64,000 nt of DNA from Neodothiora populina (Eukaryota): the NCBI RefSeq assembly GCF_041146345.1, contig NW_027191409.1:620001-684000 (forward strand), in the 5' to 3' direction. Made by a program: the position numbers and the translations under genes. The notes under the pieces were generated by a model. The model was not told where the DNA came from and did not search any database. It saw only the letters and a program-made list of their open reading frames with translations. Positions 1 to 11,249 of this stretch are shown one piece after another. The first letter of the stretch is position 1; every line of letters begins with the position of its first letter.

Positions 1-256
1 GCGGAATGTCCAACAGTACCGTAGTTGCACCTCTCACACTCACTTCGAGGTACTTCGATTGGATCCGGAGATATTGAGGCGCATCAATCATTGGACATCT
101 CAATCATGAACTAGTGTGGTCTGTGTGTTGTGATATAGACTACGTGGCGATCAGCTTGATATTGGCTGTGAAAAGTTATTCGGCCTGAGTGACGATTGCG
201 CGTGGCTAGCATACTGTCTTCTTTCGAGTGGATGATCATTGAATAAGGTACTCAAC

Positions 257-1537
257 ATGCTGGCAGGGTGCTCGGTGCGTGCAAGCAGCGGGCGCATTGC
301 ACCTTCAAATCTTACTGCGATCAGACGTGTAAATGCTCGTCTATCAACACTGGCATATTCTTCACAGCCCTACAAAGCGTCTAGATCACCGGCGAGACAT
401 CTGGCCCTAGCCTCTATATCATCATCGTCGTCGTGCCGACCTCAGAGTGCATTAAAAGCAGCTTCGCTACCGCTACAATCGCCACACCGTTCCATTCGAC
501 TTGCATCTTCCCAAGGATCTGCACTTCCTTCAAAGAACGACACTGATGTGCCTGCTCCGTACACGCCGCCGACCACCGGACTCTTGTCATACTTGCCCGC
601 TCGTGCTGTTCCATATGCCGAGCTTGTGCGCCTCGACAAGCCTGTAGGCACCTACTATCTCTTTCTTCCATGCGTCTTCGGCACCCTCCTCGCTGCACCT
701 TTGGTGAATCCCATCGCATCGCCCGCTTCTGTGCTGGGCTACTCGGCGCTCTTCCTTGCGGGAGCGGGAATCATGCGCGGTGCAGGGTGCACCATCAACG
801 ATCTCTGGGACCGTGATTTCGATCCTCAGGTGTCGAGAACGCGACTGAGGCCGATCGCTAGACGAGCAGTCACTCTCCAGGCTGCCCTTGTTTTCACCGG
901 TGTGCAACTTCTTGCCGGACTGGGTATTCTGTTGCAATTCCCCATACAGTGCCTGTACTACGGCGTACCATCGTTAGTACTCGTGGCTCTGTATCCGCTG
1001 GCGAAGAGAGTGACGTACTATCCGCAGGCCGTGCTTGGCCTAGCTTATTCTTGGGGTGCGATCATGGGGTTCCCGACCATGGGGGTTGATCTGCTGTCGA
1101 ATACTGCCGCGTTGCAGGCAGCGGGATGCTTGTATGCGTCCAGCATCGCATGGACCATCATGTATGACATGATATATGCACACCAGGACATCAAAGACGA
1201 TGCCAAAGCAGGCATCAAGTCAATCGCTCTAGCCCATGAAAATGAGACCAAGTACGTGCTGAGCGGTCTCGCCGTGACCCAAACATCTCTGCTTGCAGCG
1301 GCAGGTATCGCAGCGGGTGCCGGGCCACTGTACTTTATCGGAAGCTGTGGCGGTGCAGCTTTGACCACCGGGTACATGATCTGGAAGGTGAATCTGAAGA
1401 GCGTCGAAGACTGCTGGTGGTGGTTCCGCCACAGCTGTTGGTTCACTGGAGGAGCGATCACGTTGGGTCTCGCAGCAGACTATCTGGCGAAGTACTTTGA
1501 TGAGAGTAATGACGCTGACGAGCCTGTCACTTCGTGA
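257..1537 (+). CDS. COQ2: 4-hydroxybenzoate polyprenyltransferase, mitochondrial (UbiA family)
   Basis: Intronless ORF from ATG 257. Contains RLDKP.G, GAGCTINDLWDRDFD..V.RT..RP, YPLAKRVTYYPQ and YDMIYAHQD..DD.KAGIKS motifs. The N-terminus is Arg/Ser-rich like a mitochondrial presequence. Confidence 0.96.
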   Translation: MLAGCSVRASSGRIAPSNLTAIRRVNARLSTLAYSSQPYKASRSPARHLALASISSSSSCRPQSALKAASLPLQSPHRSIRLASSQGSALPSKNDTDVPAPYTPPTTGLLSYLPARAVPYAELVRLDKPVGTYYLFLPCVFGTLLAAPLVNPIASPASVLGYSALFLAGAGIMRGAGCTINDLWDRDFDPQVSRTRLRPIARRAVTLQAALVFTGVQLLAGLGILLQFPIQCLYYGVPSLVLVALYPLAKRVTYYPQAVLGLAYSWGAIMGFPTMGVDLLSNTAALQAAGCLYASSIAWTIMYDMIYAHQDIKDDAKAGIKSIALAHENETKYVLSGLAVTQTSLLAAAGIAAGAGPLYFIGSCGGAALTTGYMIWKVNLKSVEDCWWWFRHSCWFTGGAITLGLAADYLAKYFDESNDADEPVTS

Positions 1538-2364
1538 GGGACGTTCGAATCTGGCGGCCATGTATGATTAGACACTCGTACTGTTGATAGGCAGCAAAAC
1601 CGTATTCCCTCGCCGGAAGTCCGTACATGTTCGACCTCTTCGACTCGGCGCCGAACAATAGACTTGGCGGGATAGCTGCTGACAAGTACCCATGCAGTGA
1701 ACAGGCGGGCGAAGAAGCATCGCATCCATTGTCCCTCTTCTTCCTTCTCTTTACATCCGGAACGTGCAGTGTGGCAAAATGCCTATAGACTCGGCAGACT
1801 TGGCGATTTGCGAAGAAACGGAGGAGCGCGGCTCAAAACGACGAGGACGTGATTCCCGAATGGATGGCTGGAACAAATCCTACTCTTTTATATATTCATT
1901 CATATGTTGCCGCGTAAACATCACTCGTCCTTCTTTTTCATGTTTTCATATTTTCATGGCATGATGTTCTCCTTTTGTCTCGCGCGATACCTCTTGACTC
2001 TTTGGCACTTTCTCTTGTCTGTTCCTTTCACTTTTTTGCGGATATATTCTCCCAGTGTTTCCGTCACATCAGATCCTGCGAAGCTTCTTTTCTTGTCTCT
2101 TCCTGTTCTTGTTTCTAAAACCAAATATAATTTTTCTCTGGAAACATGCCTAGAACGTGAAAACTTTGTCTCAAAAGTAGTGAAGCATGCAACAAAAGAC
2201 CAGTCGCGAAATTCTGCTTGTCCCCGTCTCCTCTCATGATGCCGTGCCCCGTAATCTTTCCCGAGTTTAGTAAAATCGCTGTCGCTCGCTTTCTTGCGAG
2301 ACGGCAAGAAGGTAGGTCTTGGCTGGTTAGAAGTAAACTTCGAGGTCATGTATCAGGATGTTCT

Positions 2365-3116
2365 TCAGTAAGGCGAGTAGCCTCTACCGCGACCACCACG
2401 GTAGCCTCCGCGGTAACTATGGATTTCGTCAGCATCTCTGCAAAGTCCTGAGAGGGCGCGAAGGTAGCACTTACCCTCCTCCACGAGGAGGATATGGAGG
2501 CGCGCCGTAGCCTCCGCGACCACCGTACATGGGTGGAGGGCCGTAGGCACCGGGTGGGCCACCGCGACCGCGGGGACCTCCACGGCCACCACGACCACCT
2601 CTGTTCATACCAGGCAGGTTGGTGCGCTTTGGGACAACCTAGTTGGGATATCGGTAAGTATGGTGTTATGCTTTGGGGATGTGCGAACGAGGCGTGACTG
2701 ACTTTGAGGTTGCGACCGCGGAAAAGACTCTCGTTCAGGACGATGGCATTGTTAACCAAGCTGGGCTCCTGGAACTCGACATAGGCGTAGCCCTTGGGGT
2801 GGCCGGTGAATTTGTCGAGCAGGATAGTGACACGATTGATGTTGCCACAACTTTGGAAGTGAGCTTGGATCTCCTCGGGCGATGCGCCATAGTCAACGTT
2901 GCCAACGAAGATGCTCCGCGCATCAATGTCTTCCTTGTTCTCGCGCAGCCCCTCCTGTTGCTGGTCCAGACTGGCCTGCATCTCACGGAGCTTTGCTGCC
3001 TCGGCTTCCATCTCTTGCACTCTTTTCTTCATGGCTGCGATTTCAGCCTCGTCCTGGTTGTCATCTTCGGGAACCTCGACAGGCTCCTCCTCACGAGGGA
3101 CACCGTTGTCGGACAT
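2365..3116 (-). CDS. PAB2: Nuclear poly(A)-binding protein 2 (PABPN1/Pab2/Sgn1 family)
   Basis: Acidic N-terminus, coiled coil ([19 protein letters not shown]), RRM (SIFVGNVDY...KGYAYVEF) and RGG tail ending [12 protein letters not shown] introns at 2639-2702 and 2417-2474 restore the frame. Confidence 0.95.
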
Positions 3117-4418
3117 GGCGAGCGTGTGTTAAGGATTGAATACGATGTGCAAGTTGATCGTCTGTATAATCGGTCAGATGCATTGCGCGATATGACGAAA
3201 CAAGTAGTATGGTGTCGAGGATGCAGGGGAAGACGCGACGGGCCAGCAATGTCCATCACGTAGAACGACGGAAACGTCTCTATATCGTGCTGCGCATGCG
3301 CTTTATATCCTGTACGTACTGTTCTGGATACAAGTGGCACGATTTGCGGATGGCGAGTGACCAAATTTGTGGGCTCAAATATGGACAGCGGAGATGAAAA
3401 TCGATGAAAGTGAGATGATTGCGCAATGGATGGGTAAATTGATAATGGATGATGGATGGCGCTTGACCAAGATGGAGTCAATGATGGAAATGGATGGCCA
3501 AGCCCTGTCCCGTATTGTACCTGTAACTGTGCCTGATTGTGTGCGCGTAGATATAATTATAAAAGTCAAGGAGAGGTAAGGTGGCCAAGGGGTAACAGTG
3601 TAACAATAGTAGAGCAACAAGAACTCCCGTGTCACACGTGCAGCTGCTGTGTGTACCTACTTCAACAATCACTGCTACAACAATGACAATAAATCATGCC
3701 TCCCATTATTCCACCTCAATCTGCCCGTCCTTGAACGTCGCCTCGGCCTTCTGCGCTTGACCATTCAAGATTCCCGCACTTGTGGGGAAAGATGAAAGAT
3801 ACTCGGTTCGCTCCAAATTTATCTCCAATCTCCACCAATGACTCGAATGCTACAGTACAAGTACCTTGCAGTCGCTATACCAAGGTAGGCTGTTGTCTTA
3901 CAGTACATCGTGCTACGCTGTAGTGATGGTGTAGCATCTCATCTTATCACTGCTGTCACTGCGCATCGCTTGTTTCTCGACCTTGATTGCGGGTCTGTAT
4001 GCTGTCATATCCCGCATGATTCTTGTTTGCCTGAAGGGTTCTCCCGCGCAGCCGATATAGTAGGCAGGTAGTGTACTTGGATCTTCAAAGGCGGTGTAAC
4101 AGATCTTGTTGCATGGGAGCGTTCTTCTTTTGTTCTCGTAGATCAACCTCGAATTTCTTCAGTGAGAGTATTCCAAAACACTGTTTGAACTCAGATCGAC
4201 ATCCATACCTGAATCAGCTCATCTATCGCCACTTGTGAAGCACTTGCAGTACTTGATTTACCCCAAGCGCCCTTGGAAGGAGCGATCGAAGCCTACCCAC
4301 TCAAACACCATACCTACCCAAATCACATCTGATACCTCTCGCCAGCAAACCAAGTCTTGAAACCTCCTCACCACCTTGTTCGTAGCCCATCAACCCGACT
4401 ACCACAACAACTCTCATC

Positions 4419-5100
4419 ATGGACCAACAACAAGAACAAGAAGAAGAACGGCAATCCCTCCTCCCCTCCTCCCCATCAACAGACTACGCGCCCCCTCCCT
4501 CGCCCATCCTGCCGCGCCTACGCAAAAAGACCAAGTCCTTCCTCGATTCCAAATGGGGCCACTACTCGATCCTACTACTGGTGAGCCTCGACGTAACGAG
4601 CATCTTCGCAGAGTTCATCGTGCAGATCTTCACGTGCGAGGGCAGGATCGAACGCGCAGAGGGGGAAACGACTCTCGAGGCGCTGAGTGTTGTCGGGTTG
4701 GTGTTTTCGTGCGTGTTTGTGCTGGAGCTGGGGCTTTCGCTTTGGACGCTTGGGTTCAGGTATGTGATTCTTTTTCTGATGCTGTCCTCTCCGAGAATAT
4801 ATATGTATATTTCGAGTACGTCTGCTTAGACTTCTTTTTTGCGACAAAAACAGTTATTTCCATTCCAAATTCCGCTGCTTCGACGCCGTTGTCATCCTGA
4901 CAAGCTTCGTCATCGACGTCTTGCTGCGCGGCGTGCTCGAGGAAGTCGCCTCGATAGTCATCGTGCTGCGCTTGTGGCGCGTCTTCAAGATCATCGAGGA
5001 GCTGGGCGTGTCGGCCCAGGATCACATGGAGGAGCTGCAGACGCGTCTCGAGGCTGCCGAGAAGGAAAACGATAGGTTGCGGCGGGAGTTGGACAAGTGA
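4419..5100 (+). CDS. Voltage-gated proton channel Hv1 (voltage-sensor-only protein)
   Basis: Two exons (intron 4760-4853). S1 Asp (LVSLDV), S2 F..E, S3 FDAVVI...IDV, S4 signature LRLWRVFKII, C-terminal coiled coil, and no pore domain. Confidence 0.88.
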
Positions 5101-5307
5101 GGAATTGATTCATGAACGGGATGTTGTGATTGTTATTGTGGATGGCAATGGAAAATCCGTTATTCGTCTCTACATACTCTACTTCGGCTGGACCGTACTA
5201 TGGCCTTGTCCATTCGCAGCTTGACAACGTCGTCTCTTGACCATGAATAGGAAGAGAGATCCATGAACACGTCATTCGGCTTACTCCTTATTGCGCGCGC
5301 ACCATCA

Positions 5308-7663
5308 TCAAAAAGTCATCCTGCCAGCAGGCCCAACCCGCGTAGTGCTCATCAGCATATTGGCAAGGCAGGCATCGTTTTCCTCTTGTATCTGGGGTTT
5401 GTGTCGGTCACTTTCGTCCTGACCAATCCCTCGTAACACCTGCATTGGTTTGCCGGCGACCACTGTGTTTGCACGCACGTCCTAGAAGGTACCGTCAGCG
5501 ATGTGTACTCTCATGCCAGCTCCTTTCTGAAACGTCACAATCTCACCTTTGTCACTACCGTGTCGGCGCCTATGACACTGCCTTTCCTGATTGTGCGAAA
5601 AGGCAAGATGGTTACATTGCCGCCGATCCAGCAGTCTTCCTCGATCGTGATGCTTCCACCATACCGCAGGCCCTGGGAGCCATTGCGCAGCTTCGGGTCT
5701 ATGGGCGCCGTCATGCCGTAGAACTTGACATTGGGTCCAATGACGGTCCGACTGCCTATGGTGATTTTGCAGGGGTCGAGCATGACGCAGCCTGCGCCAA
5801 TCACCACGTTGTCGCCGATGTTGATATTGTAGCCGTATTGGCAGCTGAATGGCGCTTCCACTATCACTCCGCTTCCGCAGGACCCGATCGGCTCGTTGGG
5901 TCCGAGCCATTTCGGCTGTAGGATGTTCAAGAAGCGCTCGAGGCGCTCTCGGGGGCCCGAGCCATTGGATGCTAGACAGCACTTGTTGTAGCGCTCTAGA
6001 CTCAACTTGCATTCATTGCGCTCGTTTAGGAGTTGCTCGTCGGTGTAATGACGGTACAGCCTTCCCATGAGCATCTTGACCTTTTCAGTGACCAACGGGC
6101 CGACGTATCGGGGTTCTTCGCTGGTTCTCTCGTTGCCGTATGATCCGGCATTTATCCTGAATTTGCTGATGCCGTTGTTACTCGCAGTTGTCGAAGCATA
6201 TGCGGAATCATGACGGGGTGAGACGCCAGACGGTGGCTCTGTCATGGACGGATTGTGCGCTGAAGCGGTGCTGGCTAAATGGGCGTGATACGCATGATGA
6301 GGCACAGAGTCGCGGTCTGCGTGGATTATCTCGGTCGGCTTGGGCCAAGGTGTGTACGGGGCTGCTAATTGTGGTTCTTGCTGAAGTTGTCGCGATCCCT
6401 CCATTGGGGACAGAGTTGTTTGTTGGCTACTTGACCTTTCTGGTTCCTGCATGACGGTTGTGCTAGAAGGATTACGCAGCGATAGTCAGCGCCACTTCCT
6501 GAGATTCTGCGCGGGATCCCCTCCCACGCAACATGAGAGATGTACTAACGATGGGTATTGATTGAGGGTGTTGAACGTAGAAATCGAAGCGACTTTGCTA
6601 GCGATCACTCGTTGTGGTTTATGCGATCGAGTAGCGAGTAGGGCCTTGGGCCCGTAACCGTCGCAAGGGAAGCCGCCTCGGATGCAATTGTTACAGATCG
6701 GTTTGGTTTCATCACATTTCTTCTTGCGACGCCGACAGGTACTATACGATACACTCTCAGTAAGATTCCTAGCCAATACTTCACAATTTTATCATCTCTC
6801 GCTGTAACCACAAAAAGAAGTGAGACTCACTGGCACCCTGTCTTTGTTCGTTGCGAAAATATCCTTTTTCGAACTGGCTTCCTTTGCTGGCCCGGCTGAT
6901 CTAGGGAAGGATTGTTTCGTGGAGTATCCTCGTCGCTGTGTTGTCGATGGTCTTCGTATCCCTCCGGATGACTACCCTCGTCATCGTCATCGCGCGAATA
7001 GTTGTCCTCATGGGCGCGGAGGTTGTGCTGCAGATTCTCGGCGAGCAGCTTGTCTGCGTCATCTGTCTGGTCTGGGCCATGAGCCCATTGAGGAGTTCTG
7101 CTCATCAAATTAGCAGGGTAGTAAAGCTTCAGTATGCATGAATTGGCATACTTGATCGAAGTTGAAGTGGCGCTGCCAGCATTGTCACCAGTGCGGGTAG
7201 GGACATGATCCGGGCCTTTGGTTGTACTCAGGGGTCGTTCTTGTTCTACCACTTCGGCTGGAGGCGATACTTGTAGACCACGCTGTTTTGGAGATCTGCT
7301 TGGACTCGATGACCTGGGTGATCGTTTTCGCTTTCCCGGATTATATCTTGGCTGATTTGAAGCCTCCCTTTCATAGGTCACAATCGCACCTTGTTCGCGC
7401 GCGTACGGTGCTTCTTCTCCCACTGCGACATGTGGTCGGATGCGGCTGTGGGAAGGATTCTCCGTTGTCTCTTTATTTGATGATATCTGGTGGATGCTGC
7501 TGTGCAGCTCGGTATGCTCTGGCCGAAAAGAGGTCACACGAGATAGTGGTGGACTAGTACGATTGACAGGAGTAAATTGAACAGCCGAGGATGTCTGCCG
7601 TCGGCCATCACTGTCGCGAAAATTGAAATCTTCAGATCGTGGCGCATGTTCTACGTCCGCCAT
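5308..7663 (-). CDS. Zn(II)2Cys6 transcription factor fused to a maltose/galactoside O-acetyltransferase-like (Mac + hexapeptide LbH) domain
   Basis: Spliced model with introns at 7098-7151, 6742-6830, 6463-6549 and about 5482-5546. It gives RTKTGCHTCRRRKKKCDETKPICNNCIRGGFPC followed in frame by EKVKMLMG..Y, VEAPFSCQYGYNINIG, IGPNV, DCWIGGNV and VVTKDV...VVAGKP. Confidence 0.88.
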
Positions 7664-10077
7664 GGTATCTCACTGTCGCAGTAAAGCTGCTGCTAGCTCC
7701 CGCGCATGGATTCGGATCTGCACCCTGGTTTGCAGCTCGTGGAATAGCGCTGTGCTGGCAAAGTACTATAGAGGCCAAAGATGCCTTATATGCTTTATGC
7801 GAAGCAGCCACTTCCCTCTCCAGTGTATCAGTGCCAGGGCCGGCTATGGAGTAGATGACTACAAGGCGGATATGTATATTGTGAACAGAGCACCAGGGAG
7901 GCAGGACTTTGTGGGGGAAGGAAGGAGGATTCGGGGGATGAAATGGAGACTGGGAGACAAAGGAAGTGGACAAGACGGAGCAGTGGGGTGAGGATGGACA
8001 GCATGAAGCGCGTTGATATGCCGGCGCAATATCAGGTGCAGAATCATCAAAGAAGCTGCGCTCTCGCACGTGTGATGGCTGTGTGTTTCTGACTTCTGAT
8101 AACGCTGCAAGGTGAAAAGGCGAGGAACTCTGACTTGCCAACCTACCCGCTATACAGGCGCCACCGGCATTATTGGATTCCTACAGATCAGCCTGCGGGC
8201 GCTTGATGTGAAATGGCACTGAGTATTGGCCCGCGATAGGCGGATTGGGATATGTTCGGCACAAACAGATGGTAGGGTAACCTTTGCTGGTACAGTGGGT
8301 TGCATATCATGGTGATGTCTTGGTCACGCACGTACCCAGCATACGGTGCGATAGGTGGCGGCGAAGCGCCGGTAAGGACCACCACCTCATGTATTTGACG
8401 CGAATGCCGCCAGGACAGCGCGCCTGGCGTCCCTGGTCTCCCTTTTGTTGCGTTTGTATGCACGTGCGACCTGATCGGGAAAGAGTTCGAGTGCATGCAT
8501 TTCGTCGAGCGACCAATGGGAAGGGCCAGACAGCTGAACCTGCAGCTGGCGGTGGAGCAAGAACAATTGATTACCCCATGATGCAACTATATATATTAGC
8601 ATCTCTAGCTCACGGGACACGTTCATCAAGACGTGACACTATACTGTACATGCATAGCCAGGAGCATTGCTACCATCGTGTCAACTGGCGTGCCGTGGAG
8701 ATGGTCGAGTACAAAAATACATGTTCGGTCTTTCATCCCTTCGGCAGAAGTGTTCGTGCGCACAAATAGCGGGATTCGACAGGTCTGTCATGGCGCGCAG
8801 TAAGCGCTCGCTGACGAGACGGTAGCCAGTGATGCTGCGATGTGCCGCCAGGTCATCTCGTTCGGTTTGCGAAGGAATGCATGATGGGGCAGGGCGACAA
8901 CTTTTCGGCATATTGTCATAGACGCGGTGGTCCGGTGCGTGAAGTGTCCCTCTGGCCTTTTAGTGCACTTGGGGGCCACCCAATGGAGTGCGAGGGCCTC
9001 GCTCGCATACTCGAACGGACTGGCATGTCTTTAGCGAGACGTGTGCTGTGCAGTCCAGGGGTCTGCCTAGCAGACGATATGCTTACAACATGACACTTCT
9101 TGTAGTGCCAGTATGCTGCAGCGAATCATCGTTGCGGTCAGCCGCCGTGACAACCACGGCTCTCCTCATGCTCGCTTGAGAAGATGCGAGCTGGAGCGAG
9201 CCAGGCGCCCTCGCTATATCAATGAAAAATTGTATGGAGTAGCCATGTGTGCTTGCACATACTCCGCAGTAGAGTGATACCGTGCCGTACCGCACATCTC
9301 TACGCTACTGCTGGCAAGCACTATCTAGTTCAGCATGCGCGTCTAATGAGCTACCATATCGGGAAAAGTGCTCGACGCATTGTGCAGTATTGTGCTTGTA
9401 CACCATGATGCTTTATAGTGCTTCATATGCAGTCCTGTGCCATGTAGTACACACACATACTACATTGTACTGCACGCCCAGGTTGGATTAATGCGAGGGA
9501 GGGAGTTCGGAGACGCATTCCGAGCACGAGCAAGAAACGCTCGCATTCATGCATCACATTCAGGCCAAGGCGATCGTCGAGATTGTCGAGTTCCTCAATC
9601 GCCTTTTTGTGATTCAACACGTGGAAGTGGACAGCCACGTCTATGGAGACGTGATCTAGATGGCAAGATAAGCTAAGAGGTGTCCAAGCTATGTTATAGG
9701 AGAGAGGGATGTTTGATGTCGGAAATTGTACCACGAATATGGTCGTGGCTTATACTTGCACGGGAGATGTGTCATATCATCGTTTTACACGGCGGGTGAT
9801 CATCGGGAGATCTGTTTGCCCGGAGAAAGACTTGCCTGGTAAAGTAATGGTATAGCCAGCCATAGTGTATCCTCTGGCCTTCACATTTCGCTGGCCCCGT
9901 CGAAACCCTGACCAGCCTGCGACTATACACAGAATAAAAGGCACCCGGAGCAGATCGAGCGTCAGAAGTGTACGCTCCGCAGTCACCGCCAAGTTCGTGT
10001 CTCAAGCCACTGAACACTTTTTTGCTGCAAAGCAACATCATCATCGCCCGATTCCCACATAGCAATTGGAAAGCACA

Positions 10078-11037
10078 ATGCCGCCATTCGCCTCGCAAGC
10101 ATCAGTAGCAGCAATGGCGCTGTTGCAGACCCCATCCTTCCTCCTGCCATCCGGCGTGCTACCGACGACATTCACGAGAACGATCAAGACACTCAACCCC
10201 AAGATCCGCCCCAGCCGATTCAACACTGGCCTCGACCTGCCCGTACTCGGGGCCTCGTCCTCGGCCGCTCTCGAGAGAAAATCATACACGCTGCCTCGAC
10301 GCACCGGCGCATTGGCTACCAAGAAGGGCATGACTGCGCTGTACGACCCGGAGACCGCCAAGCGAGTCCCTTGCACCGTCCTCCAGCTCGACAGAGTCCA
10401 GGTGGTATCACACAAGACACGCGACAAGCATGGTTACTGGGCAGTCCAAGTCGGCGCTGGAACAAAAGAGCCGCGCAATGTGACGAGGCCAGAGAGGGGT
10501 CATTTTGCTGCTAATGGTGTGGCGCTGAAACGTCACGTGCAAGAGTTCAGAGTCAAGGACGCTTCAGGCCTGCTCGAGGTCGGCTCCGTCATCAATGCCG
10601 ACTGGTTCAAGGAAGGTCAATATGTCGATGCCAGAGCAAACAGCAGAGGTATGGGTTTCACCGGTGGTATGAAGAGATGGGGCTTCAGCGGTCAGCCCGC
10701 GAGTCACGGTAACAGTTTGGCGCACAGAATCATGGGTAGTTCTGGTGCATCGCAAGGAAGTGGAAGCAGAGTCTTGCCAGGCAAGAAAATGCCTGGAAAC
10801 ATGGGTGCCACTCAGATCACCGTACAGAACCTGCGCGTTCTGAAGGTCGATGCCGCGAATGGTATCGTCGTTGTCCATGGTATGTCTGCCTTTTTCACTA
10901 ATTGTCCGCTGCGTTTGTTCTTCCCATTGGCTGACTGAGTTTTCTTTGCAGGCAGTGTGAGTGGACCGAAGGGTTGCATCGTGAAGCTCCAGGATGCGAT
11001 AAAGAGGCCAAACCAGCCTCTCCTTGCTGAGTCATAG
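10078..11037 (+). CDS. MRPL9: Mitochondrial large-subunit ribosomal protein uL3m
   Basis: KKGMT, VPCTVLQ, GMGFTGGMKRWGF, SHGNSLAHR and PGKKMPGNMG motifs. Intron 10880-10951 joins to GSVSGPKG. Confidence 0.95.
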
Positions 11038-11249
11038 AACTTCATCTTCCTGACGGCGTAGGACGATTGCTGCACAACTACATATTCTAGATTGGGCGAC
11101 ATGAAACCGTCGTGTGTATATACCCTACATGTATGATTAAGATGTCAGTTGCCGTTGGGCGCCAAGAAATGCACACTTCACGCAGAAGGGGAAGGAGCAA
11201 AACGAAAGTTGTTTTTAGTGATAATTGGTGTACTCTTGACATCGTTTCT

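Noticed and set aside
7664..10077. Many short ORFs in the 2.4-kb divergent intergenic region
   Set aside because: No coherent exon chain or recognisable motif. More likely the long regulatory region of the transcription-factor gene.
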